A stretch of DNA of 8,647 nt, filler included, from Cystobasidiomycetes sp. EMM_F5 (lineage: Eukaryota): assembly GCA_051047955.1 (NCBI GenBank). It is 2 parts of 2 records of this genome, joined end to end, with 100 filler letters (N's around TTAATTAATTAA, not from the genome) between each part and the next. Parts side by side here need not be neighbours in the genome. Positions count along the whole stretch, not along the records: positions 4,428 to 8,647 come from JBPGPT010000098.1; 1 more part is not named here. One strand, written 5' to 3'. The notes beneath the pieces were generated by a model. It searched no databases and was not told the origin of the DNA. It saw nothing but the letters and a program-made list of their open reading frames with translations. Below are positions 7,856 through 8,647 of this stretch, piece by piece. The number at the start of each line of letters is the position of its first letter. Position 1 is the stretch's first letter. Position numbers and translations under genes: made by a program.

Positions 7856-8470
7856 CTTTGAGTAGCTACTTTTGTAATTAGAATTACGCGGGGCTATAGG
7901 TGTCTTTCTCTTTTGTTAATAGATCGGGGGTTCGGGTCTCGTTGTATTTATATTTTAATGACTTTTTTAGAGGGGCAATACATTTTATTTTGGTGACAAT
8001 CGTGACATTAGCTCGTCACTAATTACAACTACAAGTACATCAACGAGGACTATACACAACAAGCTACATACAACAATGTACAAACTACTTACAAGAAACG
8101 ACTTACAAAACTACTACTACTTATCATTACTGCGATGTATTTGATACTACTGAGATCTTCTTACCCAATGAACTTCACTCCGTACTTGAGTCGAGGATGT
8201 GATAACCGTGTGTAGGCAACTTGTAGTTGTGTGTACTTTATAATACAACACGAATGATCGATCTTTTTGTGGCGAAAATGACATAGTCAATGAGAAACGG
8301 CCGGCTCGACTCTTTGCAAGTGATCGAGTTTTTGGTGTGCGTGACAGTGGGAAAAAAACCCGGCTATCATGCGAGGTTAGCATTACAGTGCAGGGCAAAG
8401 AGCCCGGGGGGGAATTTTGCAGTGAAACAGCCGCTCAAGTCTGGATGCTCGCAAGAATAACCTTGACAAG

Positions 8471-8544
8471 AACTCAGCAACAACCTGATTAATCTAAACA
8501 AACCAATAAAAAAACAATAATCAGGCGCTGCGAATAAATCGAAA
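8471..8544 (-). repeat. Mitochondrial-type intergenic repeat sequence within the retrotransposon contig
   Basis: 8471-8517 matches the reverse complement of about 2135-2191 (2 substitutions, one 9-bp and one 1-bp indel). AATCAGGCGCT (8519-8529) is the reverse complement of 2267-2277; TAAATCGAAA (8535-8544) is the reverse complement of 2559-2568. Confidence 0.85.
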
Positions 8545-8580
8545 GGTATCTAAAAATAAAAAAATAATCCGGATATCTTC

Positions 8581-8647
8581 TGTCGGGCGCCAACTGTCGG
8601 GCGCCAACCTTGATTGGGTAGGCAAGTAGTGTTTACGGACGCTGTCG
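8581..8647 (-). mobile_element. U5 end of a second, related LTR (3' or solo LTR), with a duplicated 14-bp terminus; continues past the window
   Basis: 8595-8647 is 75% identical to 6780-6832 without gaps. TGTCGGGCGCCAAC occurs twice in tandem (8581-8594, 8595-8608). No PBS like that at 6766-6776 follows it. Confidence 0.8.

Larger units (their letters stand above)
4511..8007 (-). mobile_element. Ty3/Gypsy (Tf1/sushi-like) LTR retrotransposon, 5' part; outer LTR boundary uncertain (candidates 7198, 8007, 8346)
   Basis: gag with zinc knuckle, -1 frameshift into PR-RT (protease directly followed by RT, the Ty3/Gypsy order), LTR inner end ...CCGACA at 6780 followed by a PBS. Confidence 0.92.

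Noticed and set aside
8147..8398. 83-aa minus-strand ORF
   Set aside because: Non-ATG start, no recognisable motif, and it crosses the candidate element boundary at 8346.

Overview
The window contains two different contigs joined by an artificial 100-bp spacer (N44-TTAATTAATTAA-N44, 4328-4427). The left contig (1-4327) is AT-rich fungal mitochondrial DNA, probably basidiomycete, read with genetic code 4 (TGA=Trp). It carries intact, intron-less nad2, nad3 (TAATG overlap) and nad4 (apparent TTG start), with intergenic regions built from modular palindromic repeats. The right contig (4428-8647) is more GC-rich and holds a minus-strand Ty3/Gypsy (Tf1/sushi-like) LTR retrotransposon. It has a complete gag, a -1 frameshift site (G GAA AAC plus a predicted pseudoknot), and a protease-RT pol cut before YxDD by a probable nested LTR. 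A tRNA-independent self-priming PBS lies next to the 5' LTR end. Upstream, possibly inside a long LTR, is an unannotated antisense two-exon gene for a 155-aa protein (H/Cys motif, Ser/Pro-rich). Near the right end, a short stretch matching the mitochondrial intergenic repeats sits between this element and a second, related LTR end. That links LTR elements to mtDNA-type sequence within one contig (NUMT, or retroelement in mtDNA).
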